In this document: in pieces, positions 54,072 through 63,201 of the stretch
How the letters are laid out: each line of letters starts with the position of its first letter
Numbering within the stretch: the first letter of the stretch is position 1
Assembly: GCA_024704765.1 (NCBI GenBank)
Contig: JAKMXF010000210.1
Span: 62,001-126,000 of the forward strand
Reading direction: 5' to 3'
Length of the DNA stretch: 64,000 nucleotides
From: Oopsacas minuta
Taxonomy: Eukaryota > Animalia > Porifera
Translations under genes and position numbers: made by a program
The notes under the pieces: generated by a model
Seen by the model: only the letters and a program-made list of their open reading frames with translations
Told to the model about the DNA's origin: nothing
The model's database searches: none

Positions 54072-54513
54072 AAAGAGTATATGTAGATTTAATAGTAGTA
54101 GACAATAACATAATTTGTTTCGCTGGCTATTTATCCAGCTCATCAGTACAAACACAACTATAGTACTAAATATAACTGATTGCTGCTATTCTAAGGTTTG
54201 AAGGAACATTCTAGATTTCTGAGTAACAAAGGATGATAAAGCGTATATGGGCTTACTAATATTATTTATGGGAGTTACTATATAAAGTGGATTTGAGCAA
54301 TGGTGGTTTGTGAAAAAGTTGATTGCTGACAGGCTATGTAATCATGTTTGGTTTAGAGATGATCATTTGAATTTTCTGAACTAGTATATTCTAAATCTGT
54401 TGTAATTGTGGTATTGATTGTGACATCTGGAGTATTATCGGGTTCTTCGTTAGGTGGTTGACTAATAGTTTCGTAGAAAGGTTCTTGAATCGTAAAGATT
54501 TGTTGTCTACTAC

Positions 54514-54553
<40 letters not shown>
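54514..54553. repeat. (TAT)n microsatellite
   Basis: Visible run. Confidence 0.9.
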
Positions 54554-54560
<7 letters not shown>

Positions 54561-54643
54561 AAAGGTAATTAAGGTACATTTAAGTATCATTAAGTGGTTG
54601 TCGGTGCTACGGATGATGAGAGAAAGCATTTTAATATAATATC

Positions 54644-54662
54644 AGATGTGTATAAGAGACAG
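54644..54662 (+). other. Tn5/Nextera 19-bp mosaic end (library adapter artefact)
   Basis: Exact AGATGTGTATAAGAGACAG. Confidence 0.92.
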
Positions 54663-54921
54663 GTGATAATATGCTCGCTGTACAAGTCTCATATGTATAA
54701 TCTAAACATTTTTTGCGGCTAACCCCACTAATTTGTCGAGCACTGTTTGACTCAGTTGAATAATCGATTATACTTACTGAGTAAGCTTTTTTCTATTATT
54801 ATTATTTATATTATCAAATAACTTATATAAACTCTACGATACTAGTTTTTAATTATTGCAATAGGAACTAATGTAATCATTTCTGAGAACAAATAATATG
54901 CTATTATTCAGCAATCAAATA

Positions 54922-55974
54922 TTAGTTGAGTAGACGTCTTTCTAGCTCAGCTGTATTGCCAGCTCTCCTTGCACTGCTGATTCTCGCATTTCTTACTACC
55001 AAATAAATTGAATAGCCAAATATTGTGAAGAATATTTCAGCTACCCCGAGTAGAAATACTAATCTCACCGTCCATCTGTAATTGATTATTATTATCAGAG
55101 TAATCTCACTGTAAATCTTCGTATTAAGCAGATCACTCATGAAATATGCTAATTGTAAAATAGCAACTGGAAATTCTAAACATATTCCTGTTACAACGAT
55201 TCCTATTCCAGTTAGCATAAATATTGAGAACCATTTGTAAAATATTGCGTTGTGTTTTTGAGTTGCGTATAGATAATAATTTCCTTCACTGATTTGCTCT
55301 CTATATTGTTGCTTAAGTAATTTATAAAGTGATTTTGAGTTCTTGATCACACGAGTATACTCAAACATACAAAAAATTGAAACGTAAAGATGTGAGAATA
55401 TCCCAAACCCGAGTAGAGAAATTATTGTCAGCACTAATGTCACAATAATTACATTCTGTATATTCTTCTTTATTTCACTAAAATTGGTGTATCTTTTACA
55501 AATATGTATAGTATATTTTGTGATTATGTTTAGGAGGGAAAGTGTTGCAAAACAAGCTATATAGCTAAACGCCCTTATAATATACTCAATAACTCTAGCT
55601 ATCAAACTATATGGAAAGAAATACTTACTAACTAATTCCAGCATGTTGGATGGGAAATAGGTAAAATTTTCTATCAGGATTGTAGCTAGGATTAGAAGGT
55701 ACTTATCGTATTCTGTACTGTATTTGTATTTGAGGTTATACAACTCTGTACTGTATTGGTATTTGTTCTCTGATTGAGAAAGAGTTAATTTGATCTGCTT
55801 GAGTTTATTTCTTAAGGAGAAGATACGTTTTAGAATGATTATAATCCAACAAGCATAAACCAACCAAATGAAAATTGGCCCAATTATAACAACATAAGTG
55901 AATGCTGTTGTTGATATCTTTTGTCCACCGTTATTGAGAGGATAAGACTCATTTATTTTCATATTTACCTCCAT
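54922..55974 (-). CDS. Orphan multi-pass (about 7 TM) GPCR-like membrane protein
   Basis: 350 aa, about seven hydrophobic segments, N-terminal NES sequon, intronless; no class-specific GPCR motifs recognised. Confidence 0.7.
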   Translation of the reverse strand: MEVNMKINESYPLNNGGQKISTTAFTYVVIIGPIFIWLVYACWIIIILKRIFSLRNKLKQIKLTLSQSENKYQYSTELYNLKYKYSTEYDKYLLILATILIENFTYFPSNMLELVSKYFFPYSLIARVIEYIIRAFSYIACFATLSLLNIITKYTIHICKRYTNFSEIKKNIQNVIIVTLVLTIISLLGFGIFSHLYVSIFCMFEYTRVIKNSKSLYKLLKQQYREQISEGNYYLYATQKHNAIFYKWFSIFMLTGIGIVVTGICLEFPVAILQLAYFMSDLLNTKIYSEITLIIIINYRWTVRLVFLLGVAEIFFTIFGYSIYLVVRNARISSARRAGNTAELERRLLN

Positions 55975-56279
55975 GTGAATGAAATTACACAGATTTTGGA
56001 GATATTTGTAATTTATATATTTACGTCTGCTTATTTATATTCACAACATTATCTGGCATATCATTAATACTACCTAATATCCCTCTAACATTTAACCACC
56101 AGAGGATGAACTCTAAAGATTCTTACATTAATGATGTAATATACGTAATTTACATTGAGAATGATTACTAAGATATTTGGCGCGGATATACCCCTTCGGG
56201 GGTTGAATAAATGGTTACTCAAATGTCAAATGTACTGTTATTAATTTAGAAACCCATATTAGTTGACTCAGTAGTGAAC

Positions 56280-58385
56280 ATGGCGTTTGAAGCATTGATG
56301 GAGGCTATGATTGCAACAGCCAATGTTCCTGACAATTATTTAGTCCTCCAGTCAGAGCTGGACTGGATGAAACTATACAAAGCTGCATCAGATAAAAATG
56401 CTATTATTTGCATTGAATTCTATGATGAAAGTTTCTCTGCTTGTCGTGGCGCCAGTCAACATTTCTTACAACTAGCTCGTAAGTATTCTAACCTACCTTT
56501 TATTCAGATACGATTAACACCAATTTGTAAATGGGCCCTTGTAAGGAAGTCAGTTGGTGGAGTTGATTACGTGCCTTGTATTGTTGTGATGTCGTTTACT
56601 AATGATGGAGCAGAGAGAGCTAAATTCGAGGGAGAAAGGGAGATAGAACAAGCACTCCGTAGAGGACTGATACAAAATGTAATTAACGAATTTAAGGAGA
56701 GAAGAGAAACAGCTAACTTAGAAGAGCTGATTGCTGGAGAAGTTTTGAAGAAATTAGTTGCGGATAATATCGAGAAAGAGGAAGAAGTACAAGGTTTGAG
56801 GAAACGGATGGATGATATCGAATCGTCAAGAGCAAAGGAAGAACAGAAAAAAGAGAGGATGAGACTAGCTGTTGAGGAGCGAGAGAGAACTGCTATAGAA
56901 GAAAGAAGAGTAAATCGTCCTATCATCTTGAATGAATTGAAACATCAAGATGACATTGAATCTTTGGGTGTAGGTAGACTGAAGGACGTGTTTAAACGGC
57001 TCCATGTGAACATAGTCGGTTTTACCGAGAAACACGAACTACTAGCTAAACTGTATGATGAATTCCCAGAGTTAAGGAAGAGACAGAGAAACGTATATGA
57101 AGCTTATTCGGGTAATGTACAATCATCTTTGCCTCCTACCTCTGTTGATCAAATCCCTGTTCCTGATGAAGATAATATATACGCTCTTTCCGACCAAGAT
57201 ATTGAGAAATTACCTGTAACAAAGTTGAAGAAGTATATATCGAAATATGGATTGGAAAGCGAGGGACCTTTCTCTGAGAGATCTGAACTGATACAAGCTA
57301 TTAAGAAAAAAAGAGCTACAGCTTGCAGATCAAGGCCTAGTTCAGTCTTACAAGCACAAAATAGTTTTCAGGTGAAAGAAGAAGTCAATGAATTGAATGG
57401 AAAAATAATGGATCTCACTGACAAATTGACTCAGACTAAGATCCTATCGATTTGTCGTCTCTCTCATTTCGTGATTGTGCAAACCCATCAACTACCTGCT
57501 TCAGATAAAATCTGTCAACATACTGTACGATGTAAGAAAGAAGGCTTACCTGATTCCAATAAACTATACACTATGAAGGGAGTATTCAATTACTTTGATT
57601 GTATGCTAGACTCTCATTCTGTACGTATTATCAATGAATTTGAGATTCTCTCAACACTAGAACCTCATCCCAACATTGTATACCATTGCGCTCTCATATA
57701 CGATAAACCTACACCAAGTTACGTATGTTCCCCAAAAGTATCATTGGATAATATTGCCCTCTTTTCAGTAAGTGAAAGTTTGCCATATTCCATATGTACA
57801 TATCTTGGTAGGAACCACAAAAATGCAGCTATTGAAACGAAAAGATATGTAGATTGGATGAAACAGGTAATCTCTGCGTTTTCCTATCTTTTCGATAAAA
57901 ATGTATTTCTTCGTAGCATTAAGCACGACAATATAATGTATGACCCTGAAATGAATTTGATTAAATTGATGGGATTTGATTCTGCTATCACTTCACAAAC
58001 TGTTCCTTTCTACACGGAACTTACTTCGATAGGAGATCTGAACAGCTATCTAGCTCCCGAAATTCTTAACGCAATACCAGGGCCTTCTAACTTCCTTGAC
58101 TACACTTCTCACTACTCTTGGACGGCTGGAGCACTGTCCTATGATTTAGCATGTAACCCTTCTCCATTTACAAGTGATCGAGTAGACCCATCACAATACA
58201 ACAACCATGAAATACCAACTCTAAACTGTATTTACCCTTATGGCTCTCTGAATAAATCCACCTCCTCTCCTATTCCTCCTATGTACGCTTCACTCGTTAT
58301 TCGTATGTTATCCTATCGACCTAATGACCGTCCTGATCTTCAAGCTATCCTCAGCACGATTGATACTGTCATTACTTCATGCTAA
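56280..58385 (+). CDS. Multidomain protein: thioredoxin-like fold, coiled coil, two HeH/SAP-like motifs and a PINK1-like pseudokinase domain
   Basis: ICIEFY...SAC...F.QLARKYSNLPF (Trx-like); L.V..LK......G..E+.EL motif twice; PHPNI, LRSIKHDN, YLAPEI...PGP...LDY...W.AG.L.Y; first ATG at 56280. Confidence 0.75.
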   Translation: MAFEALMEAMIATANVPDNYLVLQSELDWMKLYKAASDKNAIICIEFYDESFSACRGASQHFLQLARKYSNLPFIQIRLTPICKWALVRKSVGGVDYVPCIVVMSFTNDGAERAKFEGEREIEQALRRGLIQNVINEFKERRETANLEELIAGEVLKKLVADNIEKEEEVQGLRKRMDDIESSRAKEEQKKERMRLAVEERERTAIEERRVNRPIILNELKHQDDIESLGVGRLKDVFKRLHVNIVGFTEKHELLAKLYDEFPELRKRQRNVYEAYSGNVQSSLPPTSVDQIPVPDEDNIYALSDQDIEKLPVTKLKKYISKYGLESEGPFSERSELIQAIKKKRATACRSRPSSVLQAQNSFQVKEEVNELNGKIMDLTDKLTQTKILSICRLSHFVIVQTHQLPASDKICQHTVRCKKEGLPDSNKLYTMKGVFNYFDCMLDSHSVRIINEFEILSTLEPHPNIVYHCALIYDKPTPSYVCSPKVSLDNIALFSVSESLPYSICTYLGRNHKNAAIETKRYVDWMKQVISAFSYLFDKNVFLRSIKHDNIMYDPEMNLIKLMGFDSAITSQTVPFYTELTSIGDLNSYLAPEILNAIPGPSNFLDYTSHYSWTAGALSYDLACNPSPFTSDRVDPSQYNNHEIPTLNCIYPYGSLNKSTSSPIPPMYASLVIRMLSYRPNDRPDLQAILSTIDTVITSC

Positions 58386-58607
58386 TCTTTACCAGTTGAG
58401 CTCAAAACTGAGTAACAGTTATCTGCATTTGAACTTTTTATTGCTATTTTACATCTTTTAACCTCCCCCAATTGTATATAATTATTTCTTTGTACTTTTA
58501 TGCTTAGTTTTATTGTATTATGGAATTCTTGCCTTCTAAACGTTGCTCTAATTTGCTCTTTTTGTTTCCATTATGATTATTTTAGAATTCTCACATTATG
58601 CCAAGAA

Positions 58608-59915
58608 ATGTCTAGCTTTGGTTATCATGGAAATGAAGGCGGATTTAATGGTTCTTCAACAACTGTCGGTTATAACTATGTATTCATAGGGTCAGTTGAT
58701 GAACAGTTTAAGTGTCTTATATGCAAAAAAGTTATGCGAGATGCAGTACAAACACAATGCGGTCATCATTTTTGCTATTCTTGTATCTTTAATTTTGTAA
58801 AAAATTCACCAAATTGCATTTGCCCCATATGCCACACTCAATTAGATCCACGAAAGATACTATCCCCTGACGAACATATACGAGAGCGTGTGAGATGTAT
58901 GCAAATAATGTGTCCTCATCCCAATTGCCAAACTATAGGCACAATCGATGAAATTGAACGAAGTCACATGAACTACTGTGATTTCAGAAATTTTGTTAGA
59001 TGTGATGTGTGTATGACATCAATGGATAAATCTCAACTACCACAACATATCCAAATGTGTGGCATACCAATTTACAAATGTGAATACTGTCATAGCGAAA
59101 TAGTTTATGCGAATAAGAACCATCATGAATTATCTTGTCCGAATTTTAAGATTTCATGTAAATATTGCGGTTTCGAAATGTACCGGATAAAGTATGAAGA
59201 ACACTGTAAAAATAGTTGTACTGCTATAAGACGAGACTGTCCTTATGAAAAGTGCCCATTTAAAGGGCAACTTCAACAAATAAATGATCATCTTATATCT
59301 TCAGCTTTTCTACATGCATCATTTTATCAAGATCAGGTAAATGAGCTAGAAATGAAAAATAGAGAGATGGGAAACCAACTTAGGAAACTTGAAAAACTTC
59401 ACAAAGGATTAGCACAAAGTAGCTATGGTTCAAAACAAAAAACGTCAAGTTTTTTCCGAAGATTTATGCCACCCTTCAATGGAGAAGATTGGGAGGATTT
59501 CCAAGAATTCACAACATTTCCCACTAATGGGAAGTTAATCTGGAAAATCTCTAATTTTAAAAATACTTTTCTAGAATCTGGAAAATACACAAAAATATAT
59601 TCACAACCTTTCTACACTTCTCCTGAAGGCTTTAAGTTGTCCTGTTACCTCTATAAGCAGGATAACCAAGTGATGATGGTGTGCTTTCAAATCATGGAAG
59701 GTGAATTCGATGAAATTCTAGATTCCCTATCATCCTCTGCTACTGTTTTAATGTTAAATAAGATCCGATCCAATAGCATATCTTATGACGTAAAATTGTA
59801 TTGTGATTCTGATAGAACTTCAAAAGATATTGGTTGTGTGGAGCTACTAGCTTTTCAGCAAATTTTGCATTTTATAGGGAGCAGTTCTCTGATTATGCAA
59901 ATAGGAGTTAAATAG
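58608..59915 (+). CDS. TRAF-family protein (RING, TRAF zinc fingers, coiled coil, MATH)
   Basis: CLICKKVMRDAVQTQCGHHFCYSCI RING; repeated C/H fingers; GKLIWKISNF...YSQPFYTSPEGFKL MATH start; likely start MSSFGY at 58608. Confidence 0.88.
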   Translation: MSSFGYHGNEGGFNGSSTTVGYNYVFIGSVDEQFKCLICKKVMRDAVQTQCGHHFCYSCIFNFVKNSPNCICPICHTQLDPRKILSPDEHIRERVRCMQIMCPHPNCQTIGTIDEIERSHMNYCDFRNFVRCDVCMTSMDKSQLPQHIQMCGIPIYKCEYCHSEIVYANKNHHELSCPNFKISCKYCGFEMYRIKYEEHCKNSCTAIRRDCPYEKCPFKGQLQQINDHLISSAFLHASFYQDQVNELEMKNREMGNQLRKLEKLHKGLAQSSYGSKQKTSSFFRRFMPPFNGEDWEDFQEFTTFPTNGKLIWKISNFKNTFLESGKYTKIYSQPFYTSPEGFKLSCYLYKQDNQVMMVCFQIMEGEFDEILDSLSSSATVLMLNKIRSNSISYDVKLYCDSDRTSKDIGCVELLAFQQILHFIGSSSLIMQIGVK

Positions 59916-60247
59916 TATTGGAAACATTCCTGTATCTTTATTTGTGCATATAAGTTTTGTAGTATTTACTCTTCTTATCTATTATGAGGATTTTGTGTGT
60001 AGATTTATCTTTCTTTTTCAACATTTGATAATTATGTTATGGACAATGTAAATCTAGAGTAATAACGTTGGGAAAATTTCTAGAAATACACAAGATTCTC
60101 ACTTATAATTTGCCTTCTTGTATTTTTGAAGTAAGTATTTCTCATAAAATCTGTATTGAATTAATGCTTAATAATTAATATGAAACTGGTAGATCTTTGG
60201 TTGACAATTAGCGACTCTGACTGAATTTAATTTTAACATTTAAGAAA

Positions 60248-60901
60248 ATGCAAGAGAGCGGGTTGCCATCAGAGTTATTGTTTGGCATATACAAGTTTCT
60301 GATAGAAAATGACCTGAAGAAATCAGCCAAAACACTGAGGAAAGAGGTAAGTTTAGATGTTACTAATGACAGTGATGTAAATTTATTGGAATTGTACAGA
60401 AAATTTTTGAAACGAAAGAGAAAATCACTCGAAACAGAACCAAGTAGCAAAAAGAAATTGAAATTGTCTGATGAAGTGCTACATACTTCCGAGGTAATCC
60501 CAACTCCATTAGAAACTGATATTATAGAATATGAAGAATCTGTAAATTCGTTTGAGAAGAATGCAGCGAAGAAACAGAAGAAAAATAAAAAAAATAACAA
60601 TAATGTAATTGACAATTCTACTGTCATTACAAACCAACATAATTATACGGGGTTTAGACGCGTTAATACTGACATCTCAAAAGTTAATCCTATGCTCAGA
60701 GATAACTCATTTGCTAAGAAAGTATCAATGGGGGGTAGTGATAAATCTTGGGGTAAGAAGGCTTGTGATGATTTTAGGAATACATCCGGTAAGACGTTCA
60801 GACACGAGAAGACTAAGAAAAAGCGGGGGAGTTACAGAGGAGGTTCTATTGGAACAGAGGTGTGTAGCTTCAAATTCGACCTTTCTGAGAGTGATTCATA
60901 A
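60248..60901 (+). CDS. NOLC1: Compact Nopp140/SRP40-like nucleolar protein (LisH + SRP40_C)
   Basis: N-terminal LisH-like LLFGIYKFLIENDLKKSA; C-terminal FRRV...DNSF...SWGKKA..DF..T.GKTFRHEKTKKKRGSYRGGSI. Confidence 0.82.
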   Translation: MQESGLPSELLFGIYKFLIENDLKKSAKTLRKEVSLDVTNDSDVNLLELYRKFLKRKRKSLETEPSSKKKLKLSDEVLHTSEVIPTPLETDIIEYEESVNSFEKNAAKKQKKNKKNNNNVIDNSTVITNQHNYTGFRRVNTDISKVNPMLRDNSFAKKVSMGGSDKSWGKKACDDFRNTSGKTFRHEKTKKKRGSYRGGSIGTEVCSFKFDLSESDS

Positions 60902-61481
60902 TTTTATCTTATTTGATTAGAGTCATTAGACGTGAATAATAGTTTGCATGTATTCTACATTAAAGATTAGTTGACTAGCAACCTAAGTTTCTAGGTGACC
61001 TCAAGGGGAATGTATATTTGATCAGAAGTCAGCGAATTTGAAAATTTGTTACCACAGCGTCTCTAAACGTGTTTTCGTTACTGAGGAAATTCTTTCATGG
61101 ATCAGGTGAATACTATCTACTTGTTCAAAATAGAATTTCTGATCAAAATATGCAGTCTACCTCCAGTTCATCCAACAAGTCTCGTATATATTTTCGAACC
61201 AAATCCATTCTTCCGCAGGCCATGTCATCCTGGCTCTTTCATGAAAGTTATAAGAGTATGATCTAAGTGAACGATACCTCATTATTCATATTACGTATGA
61301 TTATGTTTTTGCTAAATATGTGAGTGCTCATTGTATTAAATTCATCTGTTTGGTTGTTAGCGATGGCAACATTTAGACCACATAAGGTGTTACTCTCGTT
61401 TAAGTCCTGGTATAAATGCGAAAATATTCTACTTTTAAAATCTTGCATATCTAATTAAGCAGTATTACTACCCTCTTTTCC

Positions 61482-62876
61482 ATGTCCTCCTTCCGGTTTA
61501 TCTCTCGTTTGAATACTGAACCTCTGCTAGAATTATGTAAGAATACTTTTACCCGATCACTCAGCTCCCAAACCACCGGTACCATTGGGATTGTCCGAGA
61601 GGAGAGCAACCTATGGGAGCGTCGTGCACCCCTGTCTCCTCTTCAGGTAGGACAGCTGGTCAAGCAGGGGAACAAGGTGCTGGTCCAACCCTCTGATAAG
61701 AGAATATTCATAAAATCTGAGTATGAACGAGCTGGTGCAACATTCACTGATGACCTCAGTGAAGCGGACCTTATATTAGGAGTGAAACAACTGCTCTTAG
61801 AGAGAGTTATTCCGGACAAAACCTATGTTATATTCTCACACACCTGTAAGGGGCAGCCAGCTAACATGCCATTATTGGATACTTGTATCCAGGAGAATGT
61901 ACGACTGATTGACTACGAGATGATAGTAGACGAGAATAAAGCTAGGTTATTAGCATTTGGACAATTCGCTGGGATAAGCGGTATGATCAACATTCTATAC
62001 GGAATGGGTATACGTCTGTTAGGACTTGGATATCAAACTCCTTTCCTACACCTCGGCCTAGCTCATAACTACCCACAATTAGCGCAAGCTCACGGAGCTG
62101 TAGCTCAGCTCGGACCTTATATTTCATCAGATGGTATTCCTGCGTCGCTTGGTCCAATGATTTTCTGTTTCACCGGAAGTGGGAATGTGTCTCGAGGTGC
62201 TCAGTCAATTTTCCGGCTCCTCCCGCATGAAATGGTACACCCAGACGACCTGAAAGAAGTAGCTGAAAACGGAGAGACTAACCATGTATATGGTACTGTA
62301 GTAGATGCCCATCATCACTTAAAACATAAGGGAGGACTTAATTTCGATTTGGAACACTATCTGAAAAATGGAAGTGAATACACCAGTAATTTCAGTACGA
62401 ATATCGCGCCGTACATCTCCTGCTTGGTTAATGGGGTATTCTGGGCACCAGGACATCCTCGTGTGTTGACTGATACAGATGCCAGTAGTATTCAGGCAGG
62501 ATATGGAAGGTTGCTAGCTGTAGTGGATGTTTCTAATGATTTAGAAGGTTCTATTGAATTTTCTAGAATGCTGACTACACTGGATAAACCGTTTGCTATA
62601 TACGATTCTTCTAAGAAGCAGTATCATGAAGATTTCAGTGGAGATGGATTTCTGATTTCCAACATTGATAATTTACCAACGCAATTAGCAATTGAAGCTA
62701 CAACTTTCTTTGGAGAAGAACTCCTGTCCTACATTCCAGATTTGATGAAGGTATCTAGGGTGAAGACACTTGATGATTCTAGTATTAGGTTTCCTGTACG
62801 ATCAGCTGTTGTAACGTTTGATAAACAGCTGACTCCACCGTTCCGCTACATTAATGACATTAGGAAGGACAAGTAG
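61482..62876 (+). CDS. AASS: Lysine-ketoglutarate reductase (LKR) domain of alpha-aminoadipic semialdehyde synthase, with mitochondrial presequence
   Basis: GIVREE.N.WERRAPLSP, VLVQPS..R, FSHT.KGQ.ANMPLLD, RLIDYE, FTGSGNVSRGAQ, SIDNLP-like segment; the ORF stops where the SDH domain normally begins. Confidence 0.88.
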   Translation: MSSFRFISRLNTEPLLELCKNTFTRSLSSQTTGTIGIVREESNLWERRAPLSPLQVGQLVKQGNKVLVQPSDKRIFIKSEYERAGATFTDDLSEADLILGVKQLLLERVIPDKTYVIFSHTCKGQPANMPLLDTCIQENVRLIDYEMIVDENKARLLAFGQFAGISGMINILYGMGIRLLGLGYQTPFLHLGLAHNYPQLAQAHGAVAQLGPYISSDGIPASLGPMIFCFTGSGNVSRGAQSIFRLLPHEMVHPDDLKEVAENGETNHVYGTVVDAHHHLKHKGGLNFDLEHYLKNGSEYTSNFSTNIAPYISCLVNGVFWAPGHPRVLTDTDASSIQAGYGRLLAVVDVSNDLEGSIEFSRMLTTLDKPFAIYDSSKKQYHEDFSGDGFLISNIDNLPTQLAIEATTFFGEELLSYIPDLMKVSRVKTLDDSSIRFPVRSAVVTFDKQLTPPFRYINDIRKDK

Positions 62877-63044
62877 GTCTATTTATTATATTAGCTTTAA
62901 GTTATTCATTGCTTTAGTGTTTTTTAGTTTTAGACAGTTACATTATTTTGTATTTTATTAATAATTTATCTTTCTTTGTATTTTACTGAATTTGAATTTA
63001 TTTTATTTTTGTCATTTTAGAATTTTTGATAACTCAGGTTAGGA

Positions 63045-63121
63045 CAGTGGTTCCCAGCTCTTAGTGGGTCTGTTGAAATTGGTATAGGGGGCCCACTGGT
63101 GAAAAATGTTGGGAACCGCTG
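63045..63121. mobile_element. 77-bp hAT (Charlie/MER5-like) MITE
   Basis: CAGTGGTTCCCAGC ... GTTGGGAACCGCTG inverted termini; flanking 8-mers GGTTAGGA/ACCTAGGA match partly. Confidence 0.7.
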
Positions 63122-63201
63122 ACCTAGGACATAAAACCCATTCACCCAATACAATTATTATTATAAATACCACCTCAAAAATATACGTATTTCTTCCTAA
63201 T

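Noticed and set aside
56191-56201. CCCC-TTCG-GGG(G) hairpin resembling a bacterial terminator
   Set aside because: Eukaryotic context, 4-bp stem and no U-tract; more likely a transposon-end relic or chance.
5432-58607. TTG/GTG or upstream starts given by the ORF track (5432, 27728, 42666, 46970, 56274, 58500)
   Set aside because: Eukaryotic genes: homology and splice signals point to nearby ATGs or exon boundaries instead.
1525-60920. Numerous 60-140-aa ORFs antisense to or overlapping the major genes (for example 30772-31113, 46975-47388, 56567-56926, 60208-60627)
   Set aside because: Shadow ORFs of real coding regions; no independent motifs.
61060-61448. Possible small spliced minus-strand gene (MQDFKSRIF...NNE | ...DMACGRMDLVRKYIRDLLDELE)
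   Set aside because: Weak splice sites, no recognisable homology and several alternative frames with stops.
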